Part shown: positions 1 through 9,251 of the stretch, piece after piece
How the letters are laid out: every line of letters begins with the position of its first letter
Position numbering within the stretch: the stretch's first letter is position 1
Source: a bacterium
GTDB taxonomy: Bacteria; Patescibacteriota; Microgenomatia; Curtissbacterales; GWA2-41-24
DNA length: 64,000 nt
Assembly (NCBI GenBank): GCA_021813945.1
Contig: JAKAJD010000001.1
Coordinates: 496,412 to 560,411, forward strand
Direction of reading: 5' to 3'
Notes under the pieces: generated by a model
Database searches by the model: none
Seen by the model: only the letters and a program-made list of their open reading frames with translations
Told to the model about the DNA's origin: nothing
Translations under genes and position numbers: made by a program

Positions 1-251
1 GCTAGTGTAAATACCCAGCGTTCAAAACTACCCTCTTTGTATTCCATTCCCATATTTCTATTTATAAGCCAACTATCATTAGTTTCTGTTTTGCCTTGCT
101 CTAGCCTGCTGCGCATTGCATCTTTTTCGCCGGCAAGGCCAACAGCCTGCGGACATACTTGACGCAGTAAGGAAAGTTTAGCATCACAAGCTTCCGCTTC
201 TATTTCTATAAGCCCATCCCAAAGACGACTAATCTTATCTTGTTCAGCCAT
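1..251 (-). CDS. hypothetical protein, partial. ATG at 251 on the minus strand; the ORF runs past the window edge
   Basis: Open minus-strand frame from ATG (complement of 249-251) to position 1; translation MAEQDKISRLWDGLIEIEAEACDAKLSLLRQV... It lies immediately downstream of tsf. No recognisable family. Confidence 0.3.
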   Translation of the reverse strand, partial: MAEQDKISRLWDGLIEIEAEACDAKLSLLRQVCPQAVGLAGEKDAMRSRLEQGKTETNDSWLINRNMGMEYKEGSFERWVFTL

Positions 252-710
252 TTAATTTCCTAGCTCAAACCTGATAAACCTTTTGACTACTATATTCTCC
301 CCAACTTTGGCAATTGTTTCTTTAACCAAATCGGAAACCTTTTTGGAAGAATCGCGAATATAATCCTGCGCTTCAAAATCTTTAACATCCTTCGGGTCCA
401 TTGCTGCAATTTGCATCGCCAGCTCGTGCGCCAGATTCTTAAACTCGTCAGTTCTTGCCACAAAATCCGTTTCGCAGTTAACTTCTACCATCGCCCCGAC
501 TTTTCCACCACCGTGGATATATGTTTCTACCAAGCCTGCGCCGGCAACACGGTCCGATTTACTCGCTGCTTTTTCAATCCCCCAGCTTTTAACAAGCTCT
601 TCCGCCTTTTTAAAATCGCCCTTTGCTTCCTCAAGCGCTTTTCTGGAATCCGCAATCCCGGCACCGGTTTTCTCGCGAAGTTTTTTGATGTCCTCAATCT
701 TAATTTGCAT
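252..710 (-). CDS. tsf: translation elongation factor Ts (short form)
   Basis: N-terminal IKKLREKTGAGIADSRKALEE matches the EF-Ts UBA-like signature. It lies downstream of rpsB in the conserved rpsB-tsf arrangement. Confidence 0.9.
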   Translation of the reverse strand: MQIKIEDIKKLREKTGAGIADSRKALEEAKGDFKKAEELVKSWGIEKAASKSDRVAGAGLVETYIHGGGKVGAMVEVNCETDFVARTDEFKNLAHELAMQIAAMDPKDVKDFEAQDYIRDSSKKVSDLVKETIAKVGENIVVKRFIRFELGN

Positions 711-1566
711 CTTTTTTTGCTTGAATCTTTGGCTGTTCGTCTTTAGTTAAGGTCAGGTCTTTTTCTTGGGATCCGGCCTGGGTTAAGGCCTGACCTTTTT
801 GCACAGCCTGACCTTTTTGCACAACCTCTGCAGCAGACTCTCCAGCAAGTGCCACCTTTTGCTGCGCGCTCTTCTTCTCAAACTTTTCCCGCCCGCTCTT
901 ATATGCATCTGCTATAGCGGCAGTAATAATCGCAATCGATTTTATGGCGTCGTCATTTCCAGGAATCGGGTAGTCGACTAGGTTTAAATCCGCATTCGTG
1001 TCGCAAATTGCAACAACCGGTACACCTTTATTTTTAGCCTCCCGGCAAGCGTTTTCTTCGCGCTTAACGTCGATAATGAAAATTGCATCGGGAAGTTTGG
1101 CAAGTTCTTCAACTCCGCCATAAAAGCGGGTCAACTTAGCAATATCTCGGTCTATCAAAAGCTGTTCTTTTTTAGTCCTGTCCTTAAACTCGCCAGTAGC
1201 TTTTTTCTCCTTTAAATCCTTAAGCTTTTTGAGACTTTTGCTGGTTTGCTCAAAGTTAGTAAGAAGTCCACCGATCCAGCGCTCGGTAATGTGCATTGCG
1301 CCAGCTTTTTGGGCTTCTTCCAAAACAATCGATCGGGCTTGTTTTTTTGAACCCAAAAAAATGATAATTCCGCCTGCTTCTCCAATTTTTTCAACAAAAT
1401 TTACAGCTTCTTCCAATTTTGGCACCGTTTGCCCTAAATCTATAACATGAACTCCGTCGCGGGCTCCAAAAATATACTGGTTCATCTTTGGATTCCAACG
1501 ACGTACTTGATGACCGAAGTGGACTCCGGCTTCCAAAAGATCCTGCATTGACGGTACTTTTGACAT
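700..1566 (-). CDS. rpsB: 30S ribosomal protein S2 with a Q/A/K-rich C-terminal extension partly encoded by repeat elements
   Basis: MQDLLEAGVHFGHQVRRWNPKMNQYIFGARDGVHVIDL is the canonical S2 N-terminus. The C-terminal ~60 aa (QKGQAVQKGQALTQAGSQEKDLTLT) overlaps the palindromic repeat copies at 749-819. Confidence 0.92.
   Translation of the reverse strand: MSKVPSMQDLLEAGVHFGHQVRRWNPKMNQYIFGARDGVHVIDLGQTVPKLEEAVNFVEKIGEAGGIIIFLGSKKQARSIVLEEAQKAGAMHITERWIGGLLTNFEQTSKSLKKLKDLKEKKATGEFKDRTKKEQLLIDRDIAKLTRFYGGVEELAKLPDAIFIIDVKREENACREAKNKGVPVVAICDTNADLNLVDYPIPGNDDAIKSIAIITAAIADAYKSGREKFEKKSAQQKVALAGESAAEVVQKGQAVQKGQALTQAGSQEKDLTLTKDEQPKIQAKKDAN
749..819. repeat. AAGGYCWGRCCTT palindromic repeat cluster (3 units), in-frame inside the rpsB 3' region
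   Basis: aaggtcaggtctt (749-761), aaggcctgacctt (785-797), gcctgacctt (807-816). Translated on the minus strand as ...KGQAVQKGQALT... Confidence 0.8.
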
Positions 1567-1722
1567 ATCTTAAATTTATGGGAACAAGCGTGCGTCGTTA
1601 GTCTTTAGACGTTAGACTCTCAAACTTGTCTCCTTTTTCCTCCGCAGGACATGTAGAGTCAGGAGACTTATCCTGCGTGCGAATTAAGGGAAACTATAGC
1701 ACAAAGAAATGTAAAGAATCAA

Positions 1723-2523
1723 TTAGTGGCGGCCAGCCCGATTTCCGCCACGCGGTGAATGAACAGAACGCGATCTCAATTTGTCACCATCCGGCCAAGT
1801 TACTAGACCTAAATCAATTCTTCTATAAACTCTTCCACCAGCTTTCGTGAAACCCTGGTATCTTATGTCTTGATAAGCTCCAAAGACGCGGTTTAATTGT
1901 CTTTCGCTCGCCTCCAGTGGAAACGGCTCGCGACCTTTTGCTTCTTTGCCGTTCATTGCCCTCTTTCGACCCCGCCACTTTGAGGCACTTCAACATTTCT
2001 TGCAGTCTCAGCGTTGCCTTCATCTGACTGAATACGACCAGACACTTGTTCAGCACTTAACCTTGCAGCGAAAGCTCGTGTTTCGGGATTTGGCAAAAAA
2101 TCCCCCACGATGTATCTTCTCCTCTGAAAATTACTTCTATGTACTCTAAATTTTCCGTCCATTTTTCCAAAATAAAAATCGGCAGGAAAAATTTCTTGCC
2201 AACTTATGTGAATTTTATTAAAAAGGCACAAAGCCTGTCAATAAAAGGTGCTAAAAGCTTATGCGCTCCTTACCTTTCCCGAGCAAAGCGTGCCTCTTGC
2301 CCCTATAATACTCCGAAAGTTCACGCGCATGCTCCGGCGTCATCCCTTCCAATCGATTGATTGCTTCCACTACATCTCTATAATCAACTTGCCTAGCTAA
2401 AAAACCTTTTAAAAATGCCTCCTCATCTTCTCTTGGTTTAAAAACACCTTCATTGTGAACCCCATCGCCACCGTTACTTAACCCTCTCCTAAAATTCAAA
2501 GGCGCTGCCAAATGGAATTTCAT
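1723..2523 (-). pseudogene. possible frameshifted or decayed gene: three consecutive minus-strand ORF fragments
   Basis: ORFs 2251-2523, 1953-2231 and 1723-1956 are contiguous on the minus strand in different frames; the last two overlap by 4 nt. The region is GC-richer than neighbouring AT-rich spacers, and no intact ORF over 100 aa exists in about 1 kb. No family recognised. Confidence 0.3.
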
Positions 2524-2638
2524 TCTTCACCCCCTTTTCGACACACATAATTTTATACCTACTCGTCAATAATTTCTTATTTTATACCCGCCAACTTCTT
2601 AGGCCCGCAGTCGATCAAATCGACGAGGACCGCAAGAA

Positions 2639-4411
2639 TCACTTGATACTTGCAAGCTTCTTATCAATTCTCATTTCACTTTCGCGCCTGGCCAAATCGT
2701 ATTTGTTAAAATCCACAAACTTCAAAACATTAACCAGTGTTGGATGGATTTTGGCTACGGCTTCCACCTTTAAATGTTCAATTCTTCTGTAGTCCGGATG
2801 TCCCTGCGGTCCTGTCCTAAGTTCTGCTTCCCAAGCAAGTTCCCTCAAATTTTCCCACTGGTACCAGCGGATTTTATGCCCCATCATCACAACATACTGG
2901 GCTTGGTCCGGATAACGCTTTTTGATCTTCCTGTAAAACTTATCGATTTTCCCCGCCGCATCAACATACGGCTTTTCTAACTTAGCACTGACCAAATCAG
3001 GCGGCACGTCAAACCCTAATTCCGTAGTAAGCCTTTGGCGCTCTTGTGTCAACATCCTGTGACGGTGAAGATCTCGATAGCAGCCAAAATTGGCAATCAG
3101 GTCGAACTTGTAATATGTGTTTTCGAAAGCCCGGACCAATCTATGCTGACGCACACCCCGCCCGGCAATAGCCTTTTTGACAATTGAAAGCTTTTGGTTT
3201 GGCTTCATTTTCAAAACTGCTTCTTTGATCTGATGATAGGAAAGTGTCGAGTACTTGTATAGAAGGCTTGCAACAATTCTGTCTTCGGCGTCTGCATCCC
3301 ATTCCACAAGTTCGACATCGCCTCCTTCGCTAAGGCCAAACCTTTTTCCAAGTGAATCGAGTGCTAAGGTCTGGCCTTTTTCATTGTTAAGGCCAGGCCT
3401 TAACGCTTGAGTGTCCGAGGTAAGGGCCTGGCCTTTACCTAGGCTTGCTGCCAGATCCTCCAACGCCTTTTCCGTCTTCGCCACATACTTTTGGTAAATC
3501 CTTCCCTTTTCACTTGTTGCCCGCTCCACCATCGAAGGGATTACTTCCATCATTTCCCTTTGCGCTGCTTTTCCAATTTCCCGAATTTCCGAAAGTGGCG
3601 ATGCCAAACACTTGGTAATCACATATTCAAAGGCTTGCCCGACACCAAAAAATCCAACATTGGTCAGCGTACCTGCCGGCAAGTACGCCCGCAAAACATC
3701 GTAGGCTTTGGCATTCATCGTTTCACGATATGCCCGGTCGCTTTGCCCTTCTTCCTGCTTAAACTTTCGCCTTAAATATTTAGAAAGGGGCTCCAAAGAC
3801 TCGGAATAGCGCCGAAAAAGCATATTGGAAAGTCGAAGGTACTCGGCCCCGTAAGAAGATTTCGCCAAATTCGGGTCTACAAAATACTGCCAGCTGCCTA
3901 AAACCTTCGTATCAAAAGCTACATAGCGGGTCGATTTTTCCAGTGGCGCAAAGCCGATCCTGAAATCCTCCAGAGTTTTTGTGGCAATTTGCGAAACACC
4001 TTCCAAAAATAAATGCGCTCCGGCCATCTGCGCTATAGAATCATCGCCATAGGCGGCAAGCCACCTTGCAAAGAAACTTCTAGCCCGTTTACTATTTACA
4101 ACTGCTTCCCAGCCGCCATGTGTGTGCAGGAAATCTACAAAAGCTATAAGTTCCTTCTTCATAACCTCCGCCTCTTTTTGCGATTTAGAATCAACACCCT
4201 CCAAATTGGGTTCCAAAATTGGCTTTATGTACTCATCGAAAAATAGTCGGCGCACTCCTTTTGTGGATCTCGAATATCGGGATGCTAGTGCTCCCAAAAC
4301 TTCACTCGGCAAGTACTTCGCCGCAAAAATGTTTTTGTCTAAATTAGTAAAAAACGGGGAAATATACCAAGCCTCTTCTTTTGTAAATTTTTCAACCGGA
4401 AATTTATTCAT
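2639..4411 (-). CDS. thyX: FAD-dependent thymidylate synthase ThyX-family protein (long, 590 aa) carrying an in-frame repeat insertion
   Basis: ThyX signature RHR...S (FGCYRDLHRHRMLTQERQ) and LGALASRYSRS motif. The length is comparable to long two-domain ThyX proteins. Residues GKGQALTSDTQALRPGLNNEKGQTLA are encoded by the repeat copies at 3331-3435. Confidence 0.7.
   Translation of the reverse strand: MNKFPVEKFTKEEAWYISPFFTNLDKNIFAAKYLPSEVLGALASRYSRSTKGVRRLFFDEYIKPILEPNLEGVDSKSQKEAEVMKKELIAFVDFLHTHGGWEAVVNSKRARSFFARWLAAYGDDSIAQMAGAHLFLEGVSQIATKTLEDFRIGFAPLEKSTRYVAFDTKVLGSWQYFVDPNLAKSSYGAEYLRLSNMLFRRYSESLEPLSKYLRRKFKQEEGQSDRAYRETMNAKAYDVLRAYLPAGTLTNVGFFGVGQAFEYVITKCLASPLSEIREIGKAAQREMMEVIPSMVERATSEKGRIYQKYVAKTEKALEDLAASLGKGQALTSDTQALRPGLNNEKGQTLALDSLGKRFGLSEGGDVELVEWDADAEDRIVASLLYKYSTLSYHQIKEAVLKMKPNQKLSIVKKAIAGRGVRQHRLVRAFENTYYKFDLIANFGCYRDLHRHRMLTQERQRLTTELGFDVPPDLVSAKLEKPYVDAAGKIDKFYRKIKKRYPDQAQYVVMMGHKIRWYQWENLRELAWEAELRTGPQGHPDYRRIEHLKVEAVAKIHPTLVNVLKFVDFNKYDLARRESEMRIDKKLASIK
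3331..3435. repeat. AAGGYCWGRCCTT palindromic repeat cluster (4 units), in-frame inside thyX
   Basis: taaggccaaaccttt (3331-3345), aaggtctggcctt (3366-3378), aaggccaggcctt (3389-3401), aagggcctggcctt (3422-3435). Confidence 0.8.
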
Positions 4412-4931
4412 AAGATTTTTTTAGCCAGTTTAAAACCTCCCTATCCCAAAATTTCCGGACCCATTTACTTTTGGTTTCATAAAGTAAAATTCTTTTTAGT
4501 CTATCGATTCCAAGCCATTTCACTTCGTCTATTTCATCTTCTTCTAACTTAAATTTAGTAGCATTCGAAAATAAAGCAAAAACACCCTGAAATTCCGCAT
4601 GTTTCGGCTTGTTACTTTTAAAAACGTTGTAAAATTTAAAATCCTTTTTATAGACTTTTATCCCTAACTCTTCCGAAACTTCCGAACAGGCGTTATCCAA
4701 ATAGTCTTCACCCGGCGCAAGATGCCCTCCGAAAAACGCTTCCCAAAATCCTGGATTTTGGTCTTTTTTTAAAGATCTCCTTTGGCATAAGATCTCCTTT
4801 TTTGAATTGATTATCCAGACACCGCTTGTCCTATGCCACATCCTTTTGCCGTGAACTATCTTCCTCGGTTTCGGTGCTAAAGGCTGATTATTTTCGTCAA
4901 CGACAAATAGCAACTCATCCTTATTTATCAT
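4404..4931 (-). CDS. Nudix hydrolase
   Basis: Nudix box-like GGHLAPGEDYLDNACSEVSEELGI (Gx5Ex7[R/S]EUxEExGU). Confidence 0.7.
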   Translation of the reverse strand: MINKDELLFVVDENNQPLAPKPRKIVHGKRMWHRTSGVWIINSKKEILCQRRSLKKDQNPGFWEAFFGGHLAPGEDYLDNACSEVSEELGIKVYKKDFKFYNVFKSNKPKHAEFQGVFALFSNATKFKLEEDEIDEVKWLGIDRLKRILLYETKSKWVRKFWDREVLNWLKKSYE

Positions 4932-5505
4932 TTACGTGCTCGATAACTTCCTTTGCAATTTTCTCTTTAGCCTTTGTCCCGTCCAAAACAATAAATTTAA
5001 ATTCTTTTGCCAAATCCAAATAATTTTTTCTGACTTTTTCCAAAAATTTCTCTTTTTCAAAAAGCTCTTTTTTACCTCTCGAAGTTTTAATACGCTTCAT
5101 CGCAGTAGGAACCGGCACATCCACCAAAAAAGTGGTGTCCGGCATAGGAAAATTTGGGCTAAGGCCTCTTAACCATTTGCCATCCAGATTTAACTGCCCG
5201 TATGCATAAGTTGAAAAATAATACCTGTCGGAGATGACAACTTTGTCAGTCTTGAGAGAAGGCAATATCAATTTGTCCAAATGGTCTGCCCTGTCGGCAC
5301 TATACATTAACTGCAATGCCTCCCAGGAGAATTTAACCTCTCCCCTTAACGCCTTTCGAATTAATTTGCCAATCGGCCCATCGGTTGGCTCACAGGTTTC
5401 AACAACCTTTTTGCCTTTTGATTTTAAGTATTTAAAAAGAAGGTTTGTTTGAGTTGTAGACCCGGCCCCGTCTATTCCCTCGAAAACTATGAACTTTCCC
5501 TTCAT
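4921..5505 (-). CDS. tmk: thymidylate (dTMP) kinase
   Basis: P-loop FIVFEGIDGAGSTTQ, LID region and DRY-like motif VISDRYYFST; typical Tmk length. Confidence 0.88.
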   Translation of the reverse strand: MKGKFIVFEGIDGAGSTTQTNLLFKYLKSKGKKVVETCEPTDGPIGKLIRKALRGEVKFSWEALQLMYSADRADHLDKLILPSLKTDKVVISDRYYFSTYAYGQLNLDGKWLRGLSPNFPMPDTTFLVDVPVPTAMKRIKTSRGKKELFEKEKFLEKVRKNYLDLAKEFKFIVLDGTKAKEKIAKEVIEHVNDK

Positions 5506-6743
5506 GCTTTGTGGATTTTAGAAGCAACAGCTTTCCTGGAACCCGAATATCTGTCCGACCTTGAGCCTTCGTATTTCATTTTGACAGGCGCAGACAATTT
5601 TTCAAAAGTAAATGCACAAATCGCCATTCCGCAATATAAAATTGCGGGCTTTGGCCCTAGATTTCCAAGTTCCAATACCGGCGCCCCGTTCCACCCCGGA
5701 TCAAACCGAGCTGCCGTTGAATGCACCAAAATCCCTAACCTCGCCAGCGAAGATTTACCTTCCAATCTTCCCAAAACATCTGCCGGCAACTTCAAAACCT
5801 CCGAAGTAGATGCAATCGCAAAAGCTCCGGGTTCCAAAATAAACGGATCGCCCTCTGACAAATTTATCTCCTCCATTGCATCTTCAGGCAAACCCCGCCT
5901 TGTATCTATAAACCTGTAAGCACCGGCCCTAAAAAGCTTAATGTTTGTTCCAAGATGAAAATCCATAGAAACCTGGTCAATCTTTTCCCTCCAGTCGGAA
6001 GTCAACGGGTCGATCTTGATCGTTCCTTTTTCTATAAGCTCAGCAATCTGCCAATCCGCCAAAATCCCGGCACCCTCAGTAATTTTTAACTTTTTAATTT
6101 TGACTTTTGACTTTTTATCTTGTTTCATTTGCCGGAAGTAATCATAAATTATCTGACTCCAGGTTTCCATATTTTTATAGGAACGGCCCAGCTGCGCCAT
6201 TGAAACGAGCTCTCCGCTTTTATGCTCGTCTTTTACCTGAATTTTGTCACTATCGCCAACCAAATGGATTACCAGACCTACATGCACTAAGCCGACATCG
6301 TTCGAATCGTCATTTATAATCCCCAAAAAGTTAGCTTTGTAGTTTCCCGAAAAATCAATCTCTTCGGCAAATTCACGCTTGGCCCAACCCAAAAGCCCTT
6401 GCCCGTTCATGTCGCGGCGATTTATATGGCCGCCAATTCCGATTGAATACTTATTGGAAAGACGTTTGTCTGTATGGTCACCTTTTCGGCGCATCAAAAA
6501 AATCTTGCCGTTGTGCTCAAAAATTAAATAAGGGATTATTTGCTGCCACCTTGCATCCGATTCAACTTCGCCTCTTGCCATAAACCTGTGCTTGGAATTT
6601 ATGGTGTTTATGTATTTCTGGACGTTATCGCCCCTTAAGCCGTGCCAAATTCCGCCGGCAAAAATATCGGATCTTGAAACGACCATAACCCGTTCTTCGT
6701 GTTTAGATCCAATTGGTGATTTTTTCTGAGATTTCTTAGGCAT
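5502..6743 (-). CDS. dcd: fusion protein: N-terminal Nudix-like domain plus C-terminal dCTP deaminase/dUTPase-fold domain
   Basis: N-terminal half has REFAEEIDF (Nudix RExxEE). C-terminal half has ILADWQIAELIEKGTIKIDP ... GRLEGKSSLARLGILVHSTAARFDPGWNGAPVLEL, the canonical Dcd motifs. Confidence 0.75.
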   Translation of the reverse strand: MPKKSQKKSPIGSKHEERVMVVSRSDIFAGGIWHGLRGDNVQKYINTINSKHRFMARGEVESDARWQQIIPYLIFEHNGKIFLMRRKGDHTDKRLSNKYSIGIGGHINRRDMNGQGLLGWAKREFAEEIDFSGNYKANFLGIINDDSNDVGLVHVGLVIHLVGDSDKIQVKDEHKSGELVSMAQLGRSYKNMETWSQIIYDYFRQMKQDKKSKVKIKKLKITEGAGILADWQIAELIEKGTIKIDPLTSDWREKIDQVSMDFHLGTNIKLFRAGAYRFIDTRRGLPEDAMEEINLSEGDPFILEPGAFAIASTSEVLKLPADVLGRLEGKSSLARLGILVHSTAARFDPGWNGAPVLELGNLGPKPAILYCGMAICAFTFEKLSAPVKMKYEGSRSDRYSGSRKAVASKIHKA

Positions 6744-6791
6744 TGTCTAGTCCGGGACAGGAGATTTAACCAGATACGAGTATATTCGAAG

Positions 6792-6862
6792 AAGGCCTTT
6801 TTGTCACGCCCCGTGTTAAGGGCAGGTCTTAGGCCAGGCTTACCCTTGTAAGGTCTGCCCTT
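6792..6862. repeat. palindromic repeat hairpin spanning the dcd-topA intergenic region and the last codons of topA
   Basis: gaaggcctttt (6792-6801); aagggcaggtctt (6818-6830) and aaggtctgccctt (6850-6862) form an inverted pair. The topA stop codon (6840-6842) lies inside the element, so the topA C-terminus ...EEKGQTLQG is encoded by it. Confidence 0.8.
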
Positions 6863-8849
6863 TTTCCTCTGGTTTAGAAACTTCCAATTTCGGCTTCGTC
6901 CAGCTTGCAAACTTACATTTTGGCCAATTGCTGCATCCCCAAAAAGTTTTTCCCCGTTTTGTCCTGCGGGTTACCACGTCACCGGTTTTACAATCCGGGC
7001 ATTTCATACCCGTTTCCTCATTTAAAGCTTTTGTGTTTTTACAATCCGGAAAACCCGAACATGCCAAAAACTTTCCAAACCTTCCGTATCTAACCACCAT
7101 TGGCTTTCCGCATTTGTCGCAAATCTCGTCCGTAGTTTCCACTTCGACTTTCATTTTGTCTGCCTCCTCGGCAACCTTTTCGACCTTCGCTTCAAACGGC
7201 CCCCAAAATTTCTTCATGGTTGGCGGCATTTCTGCCTTACCCTGAGCGATACTATCCAAATCGTCCTCCATCTCCGCCGTAAACGAATAATCGAAAATGT
7301 CGGAAAAATATTTCATCAGAAAATCGATCGTTGTTTTTCCAATCGGCGTCGGTGCGATTTTCTTGCCTTCCATTTTTTCTATATATAACCTGTCGTATAA
7401 AGTTGAAATTGTCGGTGCATAAGTAGAAGGCCTGCCAATCCCGTTTTTCTCCAAGTCGCGGATTAGTGTTGCCTCGGTATACCTTGCTGGCGGTTCAGTG
7501 AATTTCTGTTGAGGATTGATATTTTTGAAGTCGAGCGCTTCACCTTTTACCAAAGTTGGCAACACCTGTTCTGTGATCGGTGCCTTTTCGTAAACCTTAT
7601 ACCAACCGTCAAATTTTATCTGCTGACCCGTAGCCCTCAAAAGATATTTTTGAGAGGTGGCACTTGCCTCAACCTCAACCGCCGTTTCATTAACAACCGC
7701 TTCGGCCATTTGGCAAACAACCATCCGCTTCCATATCAGGTCGTAAAGTTTTTTCTCGTCCGGGCTTCCATCTATCGACTGACGGGAAACATTGGTCGGC
7801 CTAATTGCTTCATGCGCTTCCTGTGCCAACCTCGATTTGACCTTGTATGCCCGCGGCTTTTCCGGTAAATAATTCCTCCCGTAATTTTCTTCAATAAACT
7901 TTCTTGTCGCAGAAACGGCTTGAGGCGACAAATTCACGGAATCTGTTCTCATATAAGTAATCAGTCCGTTTTCATAAAGGCTTTGGGCAACACTCATTGT
8001 GCGCTTTGGCACAAACCCCAAAACGTTAGCTGCCCGCTGCTGCAAGGTTGAAGTTGTAAATGGAGGATTCGGATATTTTTTAACTTCTTTCGACTCAACC
8101 GAAGAGACAGAATAGTCGGAAACCTTAAGGTCTGAAACTGCTTGATCCGCTTCCTTTTGATTTTTAACTTCGGCTTTCTTCCCGTTGATCTTGGCAAGCG
8201 TAATTACAAACTGGTCTCTGGCCTCTGGTTGCTGGCGACTAACTTCTACTTCAATCACCCAGTATTCTTCACTCTTGAACGCTTCTATTTCCCGCTCCCT
8301 TTCAACAACCAGACGCAAAGCTACCGATTGCACCCTGCCAGCCGAAAGCTTGCTTTTGACCTTTTTCCACAAAAGCGGCGAGAGCTTGTAACCGACTAAT
8401 CGATCCAGAATTCGCCTTGCCTGTTGGGCCTCCACCAGATTTTGGTCCAAATCCCTTGGATGCGAAAATGCATCCAGTACCGCGTCTTTTGTAATTTCAT
8501 GGAAAACGACACGCTGGTATTTTTGCCTTGCCATTTTTGCTTTGGATTTCTGCTCAATAACCTTAAGCAAATTCCATGCAATAGCTTCCCCTTCCCGGTC
8601 AGGGTCGGTGGCAAGGTATAAATTGGTAACACCCTCTGTAGATTTAACCAGCTGGTTGACCATCTTCATTTTGTTTTTGGGAATTACGTACTTCGGCTCG
8701 AAGTTGTGATCCACATCCACGCCAAATTCGCCTTTTGGCAAATCACGAACGTGCCCCATCGAAGCCAATATTTGATAGTCGCTTCCCAAATACTGGGTAA
8801 GCGTCCTTGCTTTGGTTGGCGACTCAACAATAACTAAATTTTTCGACAT
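6840..8849 (-). CDS. topA: DNA topoisomerase I
   Basis: N-terminal Toprim LVIVESPTKARTLTQYLG...GHVRDLP and C-terminal Cys4 zinc ribbons (CDKCGKPMV...CSGFPDC, CPDC...CSNWPKC). Confidence 0.93.
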   Translation of the reverse strand: MSKNLVIVESPTKARTLTQYLGSDYQILASMGHVRDLPKGEFGVDVDHNFEPKYVIPKNKMKMVNQLVKSTEGVTNLYLATDPDREGEAIAWNLLKVIEQKSKAKMARQKYQRVVFHEITKDAVLDAFSHPRDLDQNLVEAQQARRILDRLVGYKLSPLLWKKVKSKLSAGRVQSVALRLVVEREREIEAFKSEEYWVIEVEVSRQQPEARDQFVITLAKINGKKAEVKNQKEADQAVSDLKVSDYSVSSVESKEVKKYPNPPFTTSTLQQRAANVLGFVPKRTMSVAQSLYENGLITYMRTDSVNLSPQAVSATRKFIEENYGRNYLPEKPRAYKVKSRLAQEAHEAIRPTNVSRQSIDGSPDEKKLYDLIWKRMVVCQMAEAVVNETAVEVEASATSQKYLLRATGQQIKFDGWYKVYEKAPITEQVLPTLVKGEALDFKNINPQQKFTEPPARYTEATLIRDLEKNGIGRPSTYAPTISTLYDRLYIEKMEGKKIAPTPIGKTTIDFLMKYFSDIFDYSFTAEMEDDLDSIAQGKAEMPPTMKKFWGPFEAKVEKVAEEADKMKVEVETTDEICDKCGKPMVVRYGRFGKFLACSGFPDCKNTKALNEETGMKCPDCKTGDVVTRRTKRGKTFWGCSNWPKCKFASWTKPKLEVSKPEEKGQTLQG

Positions 8850-8930
8850 AAACAGTGGTTTTTACTTTCCTATCTTTGTACCATCCTTGTCAAGAGCTAA
8901 AGCTTAATTGTAAACTTGTGCTTAAGGTAA

Positions 8931-9251
8931 ATGGCTACAATTGACGACTTCCAAAAACTTGCAATAAAAATCGGAACAATCCGCTCCGCCGAAAAAGTTG
9001 AGGGATCCAGCAAACTTTTAAAGCTTGATATCGACTTAGGTCACGAACGCCGCCAAATTTTGGCCGGCATTGGCGAAAAATACGACCCAAAAGACCTTAA
9101 AGGCAAACAGGTTCCGATTATTGCCAATTTGGAACCGCGAATGCTGATGGGACTTGAATCTCAAGGTATGATTTTGGCAGCCGACAAAAACGGCGAGCCG
9201 ATTTTAATTTCCCCTGCCGAAAAAGTCGCCAATGGCACCCAAGTCAGATAA
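8931..9251 (+). CDS. tRNA-binding domain protein (CsaA/Trbp111-like, EMAP fold)
   Basis: FQKLAIKIGTIRSAEKVEGSSKLLKLDIDLG...RQILAGI resembles the OB-fold tRNA-binding domain of MetRS C-terminus/CsaA. Confidence 0.7.
   Translation: MATIDDFQKLAIKIGTIRSAEKVEGSSKLLKLDIDLGHERRQILAGIGEKYDPKDLKGKQVPIIANLEPRMLMGLESQGMILAADKNGEPILISPAEKVANGTQVR

Noticed and set aside
1567-2638. tmRNA or RNase P RNA in the ORF-less region upstream of rpsB
   Set aside because: No tRNA-like T-arm (GGTTCGAnTCC) with a CCA-proximal acceptor for tmRNA and no GGAAAGTCCGGGC / ACAGAACCCGGCTTA-type RNase P motifs were found on either strand. Left as an unexplained region.
6635-6910. 91-aa minus-strand ORF spanning the dcd-topA junction
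   Set aside because: It overlaps the 5' end of the dcd-fusion gene and the topA 3' end, and consists largely of repeat-element sequence. Almost certainly spurious.
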